DNA from: Moniliella sp. 'wahieum'
Taxonomy: Eukaryota
Direction: 5' to 3'
Assembly: GCA_003971905.1 (NCBI GenBank)
Contig: RSEE01000012.1
Coordinates: 372,001-436,000, forward strand
DNA length: 64,000 nt
Positions within the stretch are counted from its first letter, which is position 1. Each line of letters starts with the position of its first letter. The notes beneath the pieces were generated by a model. That model made no database searches, was not told the DNA's origin, and saw nothing but the letters and a program-made list of their open reading frames with translations. Below, piece by piece: positions 40,637 to 52,149 of this stretch. The translations under genes and the position numbers were made by a program.

Positions 40637-42470
40637 TCAAATGCTGGCTTGTTCTCGCAAAAAACGGGCTTTACGCCATTCGGGTCCTCGCACTTGGAGG
40701 ACCAATCCAGCAGGGCACGCGATGAAAGCGATGCAGGCAGCAATCGTGTAGCACTTGCCTGGGCCCACACTCTTGTAAATGTAAGGGACGACAGAGACAA
40801 GTACGGCTGCCATCCAGCAACGGGCGAGATTGAGGCAGGATGTGCCGCCAGCCCCTCGCCCCGGCAATAGTCCACCAGCAATGTCGAGCCAACCGTGACA
40901 AGCGCGCCAAAAGATGCGCCGTTCAGAAAGAGCATGACCAGTGGGCCAGCGGGTAAACCTTCTTCTCCACCATCCATCCATACGCAATTGTCGATGCGAG
41001 GATAATGAACACACATGGAAACAAAAATACAAGCCGGGCCCGCTCGAGGGGAAACGTGGCCAGGTCCGCTGCGTTCATCTTGGCCTTTGGCGCTTTTTCC
41101 TCGCCACTCCCAGATTTCTGAGCCAGTTTGCGCTGGAGGCGGCGGATGTTCATATCAGCACTTTTCCCGAGAAGAAGGAAGCGCACATCTGTCAAGGTAA
41201 AGTCAGTTGTTGATCGTACCCAAAGGGAATAGTGAAAAAAACGTACTGTTCCCGACCCTTGGCACAAGAATACCAGTCCTACTTCCATCACACTCCAATG
41301 GTAGATGTCCTGCCAGCATCCAGACATAGTGGTGAGGACCATAAACACGGATGCGTAAGGGAACGCAGCAATGCAGAGGCACAGGATCACCTCTGGCATA
41401 ACCATGTACTTGAGCGGAGCGAATGATACGTTCTCTTGAAACCGAGCCCAAAGCAGCCGTTCCGCCTCTGCTTGGGGTCCAGGTCTCCCACTCCTGCTTG
41501 TCAATGGTTGGGGGCAAGGGAAGTCCTGGTCGAGGCTGGCCAGTGCGTTGCGTAACAGTAGATTTGGTTAATAGGCTGAAGAACGCTTCGTGGAACACGG
41601 TGGGTGCCGGTTTGGATCCATTGCCGACGAGCTTGCGTAGCGTCTCTTGGAGAAAGAAGAAGACACCCACAGTGCATACGGCTGAATAGATGAACAGGAA
41701 CATGAAGGTGGCCCGCCAACCAAAGCCAGTGGTTATGGCTGCGCCAATCAAGGGAGCGAGGGCGGTGCCGACGAGAGCCGAAGCCTGGAACACGCCCATC
41801 ACGCCCGCCCGATCGGCCGGAGTGGTGATATCCTGCACGGCGCCCTGTTCATAAAAGAAGAAGAACGAGTTAATACAGCAGAAGTGCGTCGAAGAAACAA
41901 AGAGGGGAGGGAAAGTACGCACAGCACCGATGCTAATGGTGCTGGCAGAGCCAACGGCTTGGAAGCAGCGCAGAACCATGAGCCCCACATATCCACCCGA
42001 TCCATTGGGCAGGACAAAGATATGATGTTGACAATGAGGTAAAGAATCTGGAGAGAATGATGACGGGCGACGACCCACTTTGTCCGTGTTGGCACCGACA
42101 ATCATGGGGCTGATGCCTTGCATGATGAGAAATACGGTCACTGTGAGCTGCACATTCTCCGTGCTGGCGTGGAGGTCACGCGAGATGGTTGGGAGGGCGG
42201 GCATGTAGATGCTGCCTGTCATGGGGGAGATGATGCCGATAGCGACAAGGAGCAGCAAAAACAAGCGCGACGCGGGCCGCGAAAGGGTATAAGGCTCTTC
42301 GTCAGTGGGAAATGGGGGTTTGGAGGGGGGTCGGCGCTGCCCGATGGCCGCTTCTCAGGGCTGTCGGCTGGGGAGCATGGCGTAGTGGCTGGGCCAGGCG
42401 ATGCGGGGGGGCTGGCAAGCAGCTTGGGCACGCCCTGATAGGCGGGAGCAGGATCATCTGGGGGCGACAT
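40637..42470 (-). CDS. MFS multidrug transporter, DHA1 family; introns and frameshifts
   Basis: SIYMPALPTISRDL, motif A DKVGRRP, LRCFQAVG, DITTPADRAGVMG, APLIGA..GFGWRATF, FPLERARL, TLLVD, NLARC. Confidence 0.92.
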
Positions 42471-44672
42471 GGTGGTGAGTGGCGGCAAGACAGCTGTGCA
42501 AGATGGAGCTCATCCGCGGTGGGGCACCGACGCCATCATCAAGCCACGAGGGTCACATGCGGCTCCCAGCAGCCCATATATATGCCCCCGGGCCGAGGAG
42601 GACGCCCCCGGCGCACCACTGATACGAAGAAACATCACGCATCCAGTTTCAAACACATCGTCCGCGTCTCATACCTGCATCATGCATCACATGTCACGCA
42701 TCACTGCCTGAGGCCGCGGGTAAGCCAGCGTGTTGCCCGCTTGAGCATGCCGACCCTTGCCGGCCGCACCGGTTTTAATTTTGCCGCTGTTCATTGCGTT
42801 CAACAACATTGGTACGCCACCAGACCAGACCTCCCGACCTCCCACACGATCCCCAGGGGGCTAGGGGGCTAGCAGGCCAGCCAGCAGGTGCGGCGCCGCA
42901 GCCCTAGCCCTCCAGAGACCTCCTCGGACCTCTCAGCTCGTAGATCTCACACGACCAAGCGCACCCAAGAGGGCGAGCAGGGCTAGCCAACAACCAGGAG
43001 CGGCGCCGCAACCCTAGTGCCGATGCTGCACCAATGCAGCTTTGCGCCCCGCACTGCCGCGGAAGCAGCGACACAACCCTATTGCATGCAACGCGGCGCC
43101 GTTCTCCCCAGGACCTGGGTGGCTTTGGTCGACATCTGAGACGGTTGAGGAGCGGCTGCGGACTGTGTCAACAGTGTCAGCTGGGCAGCGTGTTTCTTCT
43201 GCTCTAGTTCGTCGCAACGAGCTTGACAAAACAGAGATGGAGGTGCAGATGGATTTGGAGTCACCAGAGTCACTCGGTACTTGCCTAGCCCCCAAAGCCA
43301 GCTTTGTGGCCGCTGTCCAGGCTATCCTCTCTGCTATTACTCCACTGTCATCTTGCTTGTTACACCACAGAGCCAGCAGCCAAACTGCTATTACGGTGTT
43401 AGCATGCTCACATTAAAGCACATCCCGCGCAGAACCCCACCACTACTAGTGTCCTGAGGAACACACCACGCACCCCGCCATGCCTCCCGGCACCCCGCCC
43501 ATGTCTGGAGCGGCCGCGTGCGCACCCAGTCACCACTTGGCCGCCGAGCCGAGGCGACATCATCAACCCAACCACCGTAGGCACGCTGACTCCATCGCCG
43601 TCATGGTGTCTACACCTTAACCGCGCTGCGGACTCGTACAAGCCCTACTCCTTCATGTCACCGATCCTGCCAGTGTCGCCGTCAATCCGCCGACGACTGC
43701 CCACTGGTGTGCTTAGGACGCAAATCGGTCAAATTCGTGTACTCTTTGTGGTGGGTTGCTTTGCATATTGCAGGTCCCCACCCACGCCAATGCAGTTATT
43801 ATGCACACCCAGCAGAGAGGGAAGCATCACCTCGTCCGGCCGTCATGTAGTAATGCATCGTCTTTGGGATGGGCATCACCTGCCCAGTACTGATCCCGCG
43901 GCTGAAGATTGATCCTGCGAAGACACCCAGACCCCATGCCCATCGCTCTGCTGTTGGTGGGGCTGATGCACTGATGGCGTGTCGCGGTCATCGACCTCGG
44001 TGGCCCGAGCGCGCGAGCTGGGTGATTAGCTAAGCATGCTCCCTCAAAGCGCGCTGCGTAGCATTAAATGACTCGTCATAGTGAAATGTGAAATGTACGG
44101 TGCGGCCGCCACCGCTGCTCCGTAGCCTGTCGCCTGGCTCGGGCAGCCACCCACCTGCCATTTCCCGCTCCCCGCGCCTCCTCCCGCGCCCCACCACCAC
44201 CTTGGCTCGTCTCGCCTCGCTCCGATGCCGACGCAGCCGCCGTTGTCCTCGCCCCACCGTTGGCATCGGCTCCGCAATCGGCATCGCCCTCGCCCTCCCC
44301 ATCGGCATCGCCATCGCCATCAACCCCGCGCGAACCCAGACCCGAGAGGCTGATGCTGGAGCCCATGTCCAGCCCCCCTCTCGCTGGCCGACCTGCTGCG
44401 CGACCAGGCCTTAGCTCGCGGCCAAGTCCCGTTGCCATCCCTCACTCACCCCCACGCGCTCACCGCCCCAGCCCGCTCCGCCGCTGGGCGTATGCAGTGG
44501 CCCATCCCTGGCAATCTCGATATGCATCCGCCTCTTTCCTGCCCTCCTCTGTCCCCGCCGCGGCCCCATCTTCTCCATCCGCCTCCTCGTCACATCCACA
44601 CTATCGTCCCCTCGCCTGCCCCGCACTCCCCTTGATACACCGAGAAGGAGGTCTCTTTTTTTCCTAGTCGCC

Positions 44673-47600
44673 ATGGCCGCTCTTCCTCCACTCCCATCGC
44701 TGCCCGTGCCCAGCATGCACACTCGTGGATCCCTTCCACTCTCAATCAAGCCTCTATACCACCTTCGTCTCCATCGCCCAGGCGGCATCCACCACGTCCC
44801 CAATCTTCCATTATCTTCCCCGTCCCCGGTTTCGGCCTTGGCACCAATCCCCCCCTCTACCCCGCTGCTGCTACAGAGGCGGGGAACAAACTCCGCTGGT
44901 CCAACGTGCGAGCCTGGCTCTGAGCATTGGATCGAGCTCCCCCTCAATAAGCAACCACAGTTGAGCCACACACGATGGGCGGGGGTATTATGTGCCCTGG
45001 TGGCTGCTCAGCTAGGATGGACTTTGAATTGGTCTACGCTTCCCCCATGCTCCTTTCAGCGGGCCTGAGCTTGACCCAAGTTTCATCCGTCTGGTTTGCA
45101 TACATGCTCCTTTCCCTGGGCTGGAGACTGCTGGTGCCCTGCCACGAGACCGAGGCCGACGTTCCCCGAGCCCGGCATGACCTCTCTGCTGGCTCACTTG
45201 TCGTTGTTCTGGGTTTGATTGGGCTGGGAAAACTGGATTGCTTGGCCAACTTGGCCCGGCTAGGTGGTGGCGTGGGCGATTGGGACCCCTCCGTATTGAC
45301 GCACGTGTAGGCGCTGGGCAAGTTGTGCTGATTTGTGCGTTGGGAGTGCTTGATACAGGATTGCAACGAGTTGGGTACGCTGCGCATGCCCTCGCCACCC
45401 ATGTCCCTCAGGCATGGGCATGGGTCGCCCAAGGGCCCAACCACTCGTCCCTCCCCACTTGCGTCAATTTGAGAACGGCACAGGCTGTCTCCCATGTTGC
45501 CACCATTGCTGGTTTTGTGCTAGCTGGTACTCGCCTCGGAGCCCGACCCGAAGGTGTACTAGACTGGGTTCTGTCTCCTCCATCGGATGCAGAGGAGGAG
45601 TCTTTAGATGACAGGCAAGCACGACGCCTTTGTGCTGTACTGTCCATTCTTCTCTCCTTTTTGAGTTTCATTGCTTGGTTGCCTCTGGTCCGCCTATCAA
45701 GACCCCTCGGTCGCCCATGGAAGCTCCCAGCCATTACCCCCCCCCCCTCCTGTGCCTCGCCGGGGAGGAGCTCGAACAACTTCTGGTCAAACGTTATCCC
45801 TGTCGCTCTCCAGCCGAATCGGGACGGAGGAGTCAAGCGTGCCGTGAATCAGGTTGCGGCTGCAATGCGTGCGAAAAGCATGGATGCCGGGCGGAAAAAA
45901 GTGTATGTGGCACAGCTTTTGGCCCTAGCAGCATGGAGCCCCCTCATCTGGTTTGGATCGACGTTTGTCCTCCTCGTCCAACGAGGATACGAGAAAGATC
46001 GCCAGCGGTTTCGTCCGGGCCCCCCTTCGACCTTGTTATCATCGCAGACCCCAATCGTACTTCGACTACTGGCTTGGACGTACCCAGTGCAGCATGGGCG
46101 TTTGCGGCGTTTGCTGTCCTTTCCTCAATTTGCAGTTGGACCTTCTCAGTTGTTTTGTCACTCCCTGGGCGTGGAAATTCGTTGCGACCCTCAACTATAT
46201 GGACGCTCTCTCTCCCTCTTCGCCGGAGCCGCTCTAATAGCCTCGCTCTGGGTGCGAACCCCATTCGAAGCTGGTGCCTGGCTCACAGTCCTGGGTGTGC
46301 CTTGGTGTTTACTCTCGGCTCTCCCCGGACTCTTGGTCAAAGCCCTGCCATCTCTGTCCCTGGCCGCTCCGTCCGATCTTCACGATGCACCTTTACCTCC
46401 ATCCCCACCATCCCCCGCAGTGCCCGGTTCTAGCATTGCTACCCGTCCTTCTTGGCGCGGTGTTGAGAGCAGCCCCGTGTCGGAGCAGCAACGTCTTTCA
46501 TGGCGTTCTTCCATCATCCGTGCTACCCAGGATGTCGGCCGTGCTGGATCGCAGCAATCAGGTCGCACATCCGCCTTGTCCCACGTCGCCCACGTCGCCC
46601 CTGCATCTGCCACCACCATGCCCGTGCCGATCCCTTCATCCCAAGATGACGTTCGACCCCTGAGGCACTGGCTCGGGCCCGGGAGATGCATGCGGGTTTT
46701 GCGTTTCGTCCCACTGATGAAGGCGCATCACCTGCTTCCCTTTCGTTTTCGTCGCCCGCTTTGCGGACTGTACCGCTTCCTGATACACCAAGGCAGCGGC
46801 ATGTTAAACTTTCTTCATACGAAGGGGAGGAGAAGGAGAGGCAGGGGAAGGAGGAGAGGACGAAGAGGAGGACGAAGGAGAAGGAGAAGCCCGACGGGAT
46901 GGTACCTTTCTTGCTTCGAGCGAGTTTGGATCGTCCGCATTGGGCTCATTGACTGACGAGGGCTCTTTGACCTCGTCTTATTCTACTAATGACGCACATT
47001 CCCGCCCTGCGCCTCCCACGTTTCTCGTCCCCGACACACCCGTTGCGGTGATGGACCTGACAACAGCGCCCGAACCAAGACGGCCTCCCACGCCACCTTC
47101 CCCTGCTCAGCCCGCCCCTTCAATTCGTCCCAGCAGTATTAGACAGCTTCCGCGTCACCAGCGTGCCCGGCAAGCGCAGCATACCGCCCTCTATCTACTC
47201 GATTCGGTCCGCTTTACCGGATGGTCCCTCGGCCCCAGAGGAAAGGGAGGAACGTGTTGTTCGGCAAGGTGTCTCGAACGCTTTGACGCGTTGTGCACCC
47301 CTCCCAAATCGCCACAGCCGAAATGAAGCGTCGGATACGGTGGAGCCGACGGGAAATGAGCTGGAAGAGGCTTCTCCGGGGGTGGGGTTGGCCGCCAGGG
47401 ACCTTTTGAAGTGGGGTACCAAGTTGGCGTCAATCCTCGTTTGGCCCGCTTGCTTCCTCTGACCCTAGTACGTCTGCCTCTACCCTCTTCCTGCCTGTCG
47501 GGGCATTACTCGATCAACTGACCAAATGGCATGGCAGATGTCTTTCTTCCTCATGGTCGTATCCTACCTTACTTCGACCCCGGTCCACCCTCACTTTGGG

Positions 47601-47717
47601 GGCCGTTGGCCCGTGCCTCCTGCGTGGTCGCTCTCGCTGGGTGGGTTGATTGCGTTGGTCGCTGCCTTGGTCGTCCCCCGGCCCCAGCGCCGCGCAGAAG
47701 CCGCAGGCAGCGTGTGA
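44673..47717 (+). CDS. Divergent MFS sucrose/alpha-glucoside transporter-like protein (SLC45/SUT family) with long hydrophilic insertions
   Basis: AQLGWT-ELVYASPMLLSAGLS...SSVWFA resembles the SUT/SLC45 TM1 motif; LGVLD; VAQLLALAAWSPLIWFGSTFV; LGVPW; several hydrophobic helices; frameshifted. Confidence 0.6.
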
Positions 47718-48377
47718 GGCAGTGGAACTTAGCGTGCGCTGAACCTTTTCTATCATGGTTGTTTCTGTTTCGGCATTCCCGTTGTGTACGATATCCTCCT
47801 CTTCAGATGTATGCTGCCCTGTACTACCCCAACCCACTTCCATGTAAATAGCTGTCACTCCCTTGGCATTTGCACACCTGGCATAGACAGGTGCAATGTA
47901 AGCTCTGTCATTTGGAACGAGCCGATTTCAGCTTCTGGCCTGAGCGCTTCAGTGCCTCAATCCAGCGGGCATTCGACTAGGGACTGCACTTCGCTTGCGT
48001 TCGCGGTGGTAGAACGACAACGCGGATGAGGCCCAGAAGTTACGACGGGTAATATCGGCTAGCCGACGGACGCGGGGGACAGGCGATGCATGCTGTGGCT
48101 GGCCTACTGCCTCCACCCACAGATCATCATGCATGCATCATGCCCACGTTGGGGGGACCTGTTGCATGATGCATGATCCCCAGTCCTAACCTCTTTTGTC
48201 GACATGTCAACATTTGGCTTCAGTGCAGCCACCCGTATTCAGAAGTGTCCACATTATTTCCTGGGTGAGGATCCTGCTCTCATCGACACACCCTACCTCG
48301 AATTCGCTACGCCCTGCCTATGACCCAATCGAGGAAAGTCGACAGCCAAGCCAATCATGAATTAGACCAGGCAGGTA

Positions 48378-49547
48378 TTACGCTCCAAATTGCTGGCGCA
48401 AAGCCATAATCGTCGCCCGCTCATCTGCTCCCATCGCATCAATTTGCTCTTGGGTGAGAGCCAGAACTTGTTGCAATAGTTCTTGTTGTTCGGGAGCAAG
48501 TTGGTTCGTGTCCACGCCAGTCGCCACTGGGGCAGCGGGTGGGGGCACAGCAGCGGCTGGAGCTGGAGCTGGCGGCACAGGTGGGTCGAGTACCTCCCAG
48601 CCGCTGGAGCCGAGTACGAAGCATATCCACTCGCCACGGCAGGGGACCCCAAGTGCGACCTGCTGGGGGCAGGGCAGCATAGGACGCGGCAGGAGCAGCA
48701 GCGGGGACCGGGGGTGCCAATCGGGGCCGGAGAAGGCGGCGCAAGGGGTTCGTCGGGTGCCAAGCGGGCCAACGAAGCCGGATTGCCAATGTTAACCATT
48801 GCCATTGCTTGCAGCAAAGCATATGCCAATTGGGGGGGGTGGTGAGCACGCTCTTGGCTTGATCAGGGAATTGGAGGGAGAATGTCTAGAGAGGCAAAGT
48901 TAGTCCGGGTCCTAGCTGTTTGTCTGATCAATCAGACTGTCCAACGTACCCGCATTTGAGTAAGAACATCCATAGCTGGTTGGATTGCATCTGCGAAAGT
49001 GCTGCCTTGATTGCATCTGTGGCTGATTGACCTGGCGCAGGAGGAGGGCCCTCAACAATTTCCGACGACGCATGGTTCGAAGCCGCGGCCCAGGTGGAAG
49101 ATGAGCTTCCAGTCGCGCCCGAGGATTCTGGCACAGGGTTCACACCAGCACCCATCCCCTTGGGCTCCATTCCCCCATAGTCGACACGTAAAGGGCGCCC
49201 GCTAACATTCACACCATGGAGATTCCGGATTGCAGACGCAGCCGTCTCGGGATCTGGGCGCACAAGTGTCAGTGGCGAGGCAAGAGGACATATTGGGAAT
49301 CACGCACCCTCATATTGGCAGAACCCATATCCTTTGGGTTTTCCAGAGTCGGGATCAAAGACGAGGCGAAAGTCAACAACTTGCCCACCTCGGAGAAGAT
49401 TTCTTCAATTGCTCCTCGGACTGGTCGTATGGAATGTTACCCACTGCATGGAGCGAATAGGACCAGTCAGCCATGAAGAAGACGGCATATGCGGGAATGA
49501 ATCATACCAAAGACGTTGGGCGATCCTCTATTCGGAAGATTTTCCAT
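48378..49547 (-). CDS. RNA15: CstF-64/Rna15 polyadenylation factor
   Basis: [13 protein letters not shown]/intron/[54 protein letters not shown]; hinge [39 protein letters not shown]. Confidence 0.93.
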
Positions 49548-50131
49548 GCTGGATGCAGCCACAGGTTGGTGGGGAATCAACGCGAGCTGCATTGGAAAAG
49601 CGCTGGCCGCCATCCGGATCGTTCGGTATTTCAGTATTTCACAACGCTTCCGCTCAGCGCTCAAGTCCACTTCCGCTTCACTCCCGTGAAGAATTGGCTG
49701 CATGCGTCAATACCTACGACTGGACCTCCACCTCAACGAACATCGATGCTTGAAGGTCTACCAGAGCTCTGCCTGTAACACGAAGAAAATAGCGTCCATT
49801 ATAAACCTCAATGCCGTCCCATCTCCCTGATGAAACGGCTACATATGGTGAAAGCATGTGGATCATAGAGATGCACTTTGATGTCCTCAAGGGACGAGGA
49901 AAACACCGGCAACCGGGGTGAGGGCTGTGGCGATGCATGTAGAACACAACAGATTCCGCAGATCAGGACCCACATGAAGGGAGGTGACAGGCCAAGTTCA
50001 CAAGGGAACCCACGTGGATGGATGGCGCACACGCACAGCTTGCTTCAGCAAGCAATGCCAGCTGTTTGGCTCAAAGGCATGGGCACACAAAGCCAAAGAG
50101 CGAGCACGTAGTGCGGCCAGGAACGATGCGC

Positions 50132-50536
50132 TTAGAAGCGGAGGGGTGTGAAGAACCAGCGGTTCTTGCCAGTCAAGTAGCGCTCCTCGAAAAGCTTCTT
50201 GACAGCCTTCTTCGAGTCCTTCTTGGCAGCCGGCTCCTTGAGAGCATCGGCCGTGACCACACCCTTGAGGCCCTCGAGCTCAAGCGTACCGGGTGGGCAT
50301 CAGGTGGTTGTAGTTGACCGCCTTGACAAACGGCTTGACCTTGCTACGGGCGACACCTTCTTGGCGTCCATAGCCTTATCACCTTCCGGGGTAGCGCTCA
50401 ATGCCAGCCACCAGACATGCGGGTAAGGGCGCTCCTTGGTGCCATCGTCGTGTTGCTTGATGACAACAACCTTCTTGCCGGCCTGACGGCCGTGGAGGAC
50501 AAGAGCAACCTTCCCGGGCTTGTAGATGCGAGCCAT
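50132..50536 (-). CDS. RPL27: 60S ribosomal protein eL27
   Basis: [67 protein letters not shown]; 5'-UTR intron ~50541-50712. Confidence 0.97.
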
Positions 50537-51199
50537 TTTTGCTGTGAATGCGGAAACCGTCAGTCAACAGTCCCTCGAGCACAAGTCCTCAAGCCAATGT
50601 CCAAAGCGACTGCATGCGGGCACATGCAGCAGATCACGGAGCCTGAGCGCGCATCCAGCGTGGCCGGGGAGCGCTCGCCCACCGGCCGACCCACGAGCAA
50701 GAGAAACTCACCTTGACTGGAACGGTAAAGTTGGCGTGGTAAACCTCTGGCGTACTTGCGCTGAATTGGCCAGGCCTGGAAATTGGAGGCGGACGCGAGG
50801 GCTAGGGCCGTGCTGAGCTAATCCCAACACTTAGGAGCGCCTGCCGATTTGGGTCCGGCTCGGGGCCAGTGTAGAAATGTTTTTTACTCTCAAAAATATG
50901 CCGCAGCAAAGATTACTGAGGGTTCGTTTGTCCTCCCTTTCTGCCGTTGCGCGCCCGACTTGCTCCAAACACCACCGGTCAAGAAGTGAGTATCTCTACT
51001 AGGCGGTTGACCCCGTCCTCAAAGTCCTCAGGGCCCACACCTATCCTCCTCCCCGCGCCCGCACCTGTCTGTGGTTTGTGTGTTGCGAGCGGCCAAGCCA
51101 CGCGTGCGGCAAAGGGAGAGCGGGGGTTGTGGGTCTTTGGTGCCGAGCTGGTAATGCCGAACGGCGATGCTAACCATGCCTATTGTCTGTTGCAGCAAT

Positions 51200-51693
51200 A
51201 TGGGTAAGCCTAGTGGCCTGAACGCAGCGCGTAAGCTGCACACGACCCGTCGTGAGAACAAGTGGGCCGACAAGGCTTGGAAGAAGCGTGCGCTCGGCAA
51301 CTTTTACAAGTCTTCCCACTGCTGGCTCGTCCCAGGCCAAGGGCATTGTCCTTGAAAAGGTGGGTGTTGAGGCCAAGCAGCCCAACTCGGCCATTCGCAA
51401 GTGTGTCCGTGTGCAACTGATCAAGAACGGCAAGAAGGTTGCCGCTTTCGTGCCCCACGATGGTTGCCTCAACTTTGTCGACGAGAACGACGAGGTGCTC
51501 ATTGAGGGTTTCGGCCGCAAGGGCAAGGCCAAGGGTGACATTCCCGGTGTGCGCTTCCGTGTCATCAAGGTTTCGGGTGTCGGTGCGTATCGTTCCCAGT
51601 CCCCCTGTTCTTCCTCGACTCGCCTGCTAACTATTTTGCCCTTCAGGCCTGTACGCCCTCTTCCGCGAGAAGAAGGAGAAGCCCCGTTCATAA
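51200..51693 (+). CDS. RPS23: 40S ribosomal protein uS12 (S23)
   Basis: [48 protein letters not shown], intron ~51583-51646, KKEKPRS*; 5'-UTR intron 50986-51195. Confidence 0.98.
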
Positions 51694-52149
51694 ACGCTTC
51701 GCCTCCCTCTGTATGCTCTCCTCATTCTCTCCTCCCGGTCACCCCGACCCTGGAAGCTGAGGGTCTAGTGCCAACAGGCGCTTAGGAGTTTGATGGCTAC
51801 GTCCATTCCTAAAATCTATGCGGAACGCCCTCACGTATATGCCGAGCGATAGTTAGGACCAAAAGCTCGACCGAGTCTCGCAGTAGATGGGGCTGCACAT
51901 CCGCGCCATCACTTGCCAAAGGGGAGCCAACTGAATGCTTCGACAGTGGCTGGAACGGATATGGCTTACGTGAACCTCTGTCAATACACCCCCGAAAGTG
52001 TTCCCGTGTGTAGCCATTGCATCCAGGGAAATGCCTGTTCTGCTACTGCGTCTAACGACAACGACCACGCAACAGAGACAAGAAACACACCATCCCTCTC
52101 GGGGCGTGGCACTCAATTGCGCGAGCCTCTCTTTGAAGCCAAGCCCAGC

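Noticed and set aside
43014..43912. Short ORFs in the MFS/SUT intergenic region, possibly a transposon relic
   Set aside because: No transposase or RT motifs and no terminal repeats seen
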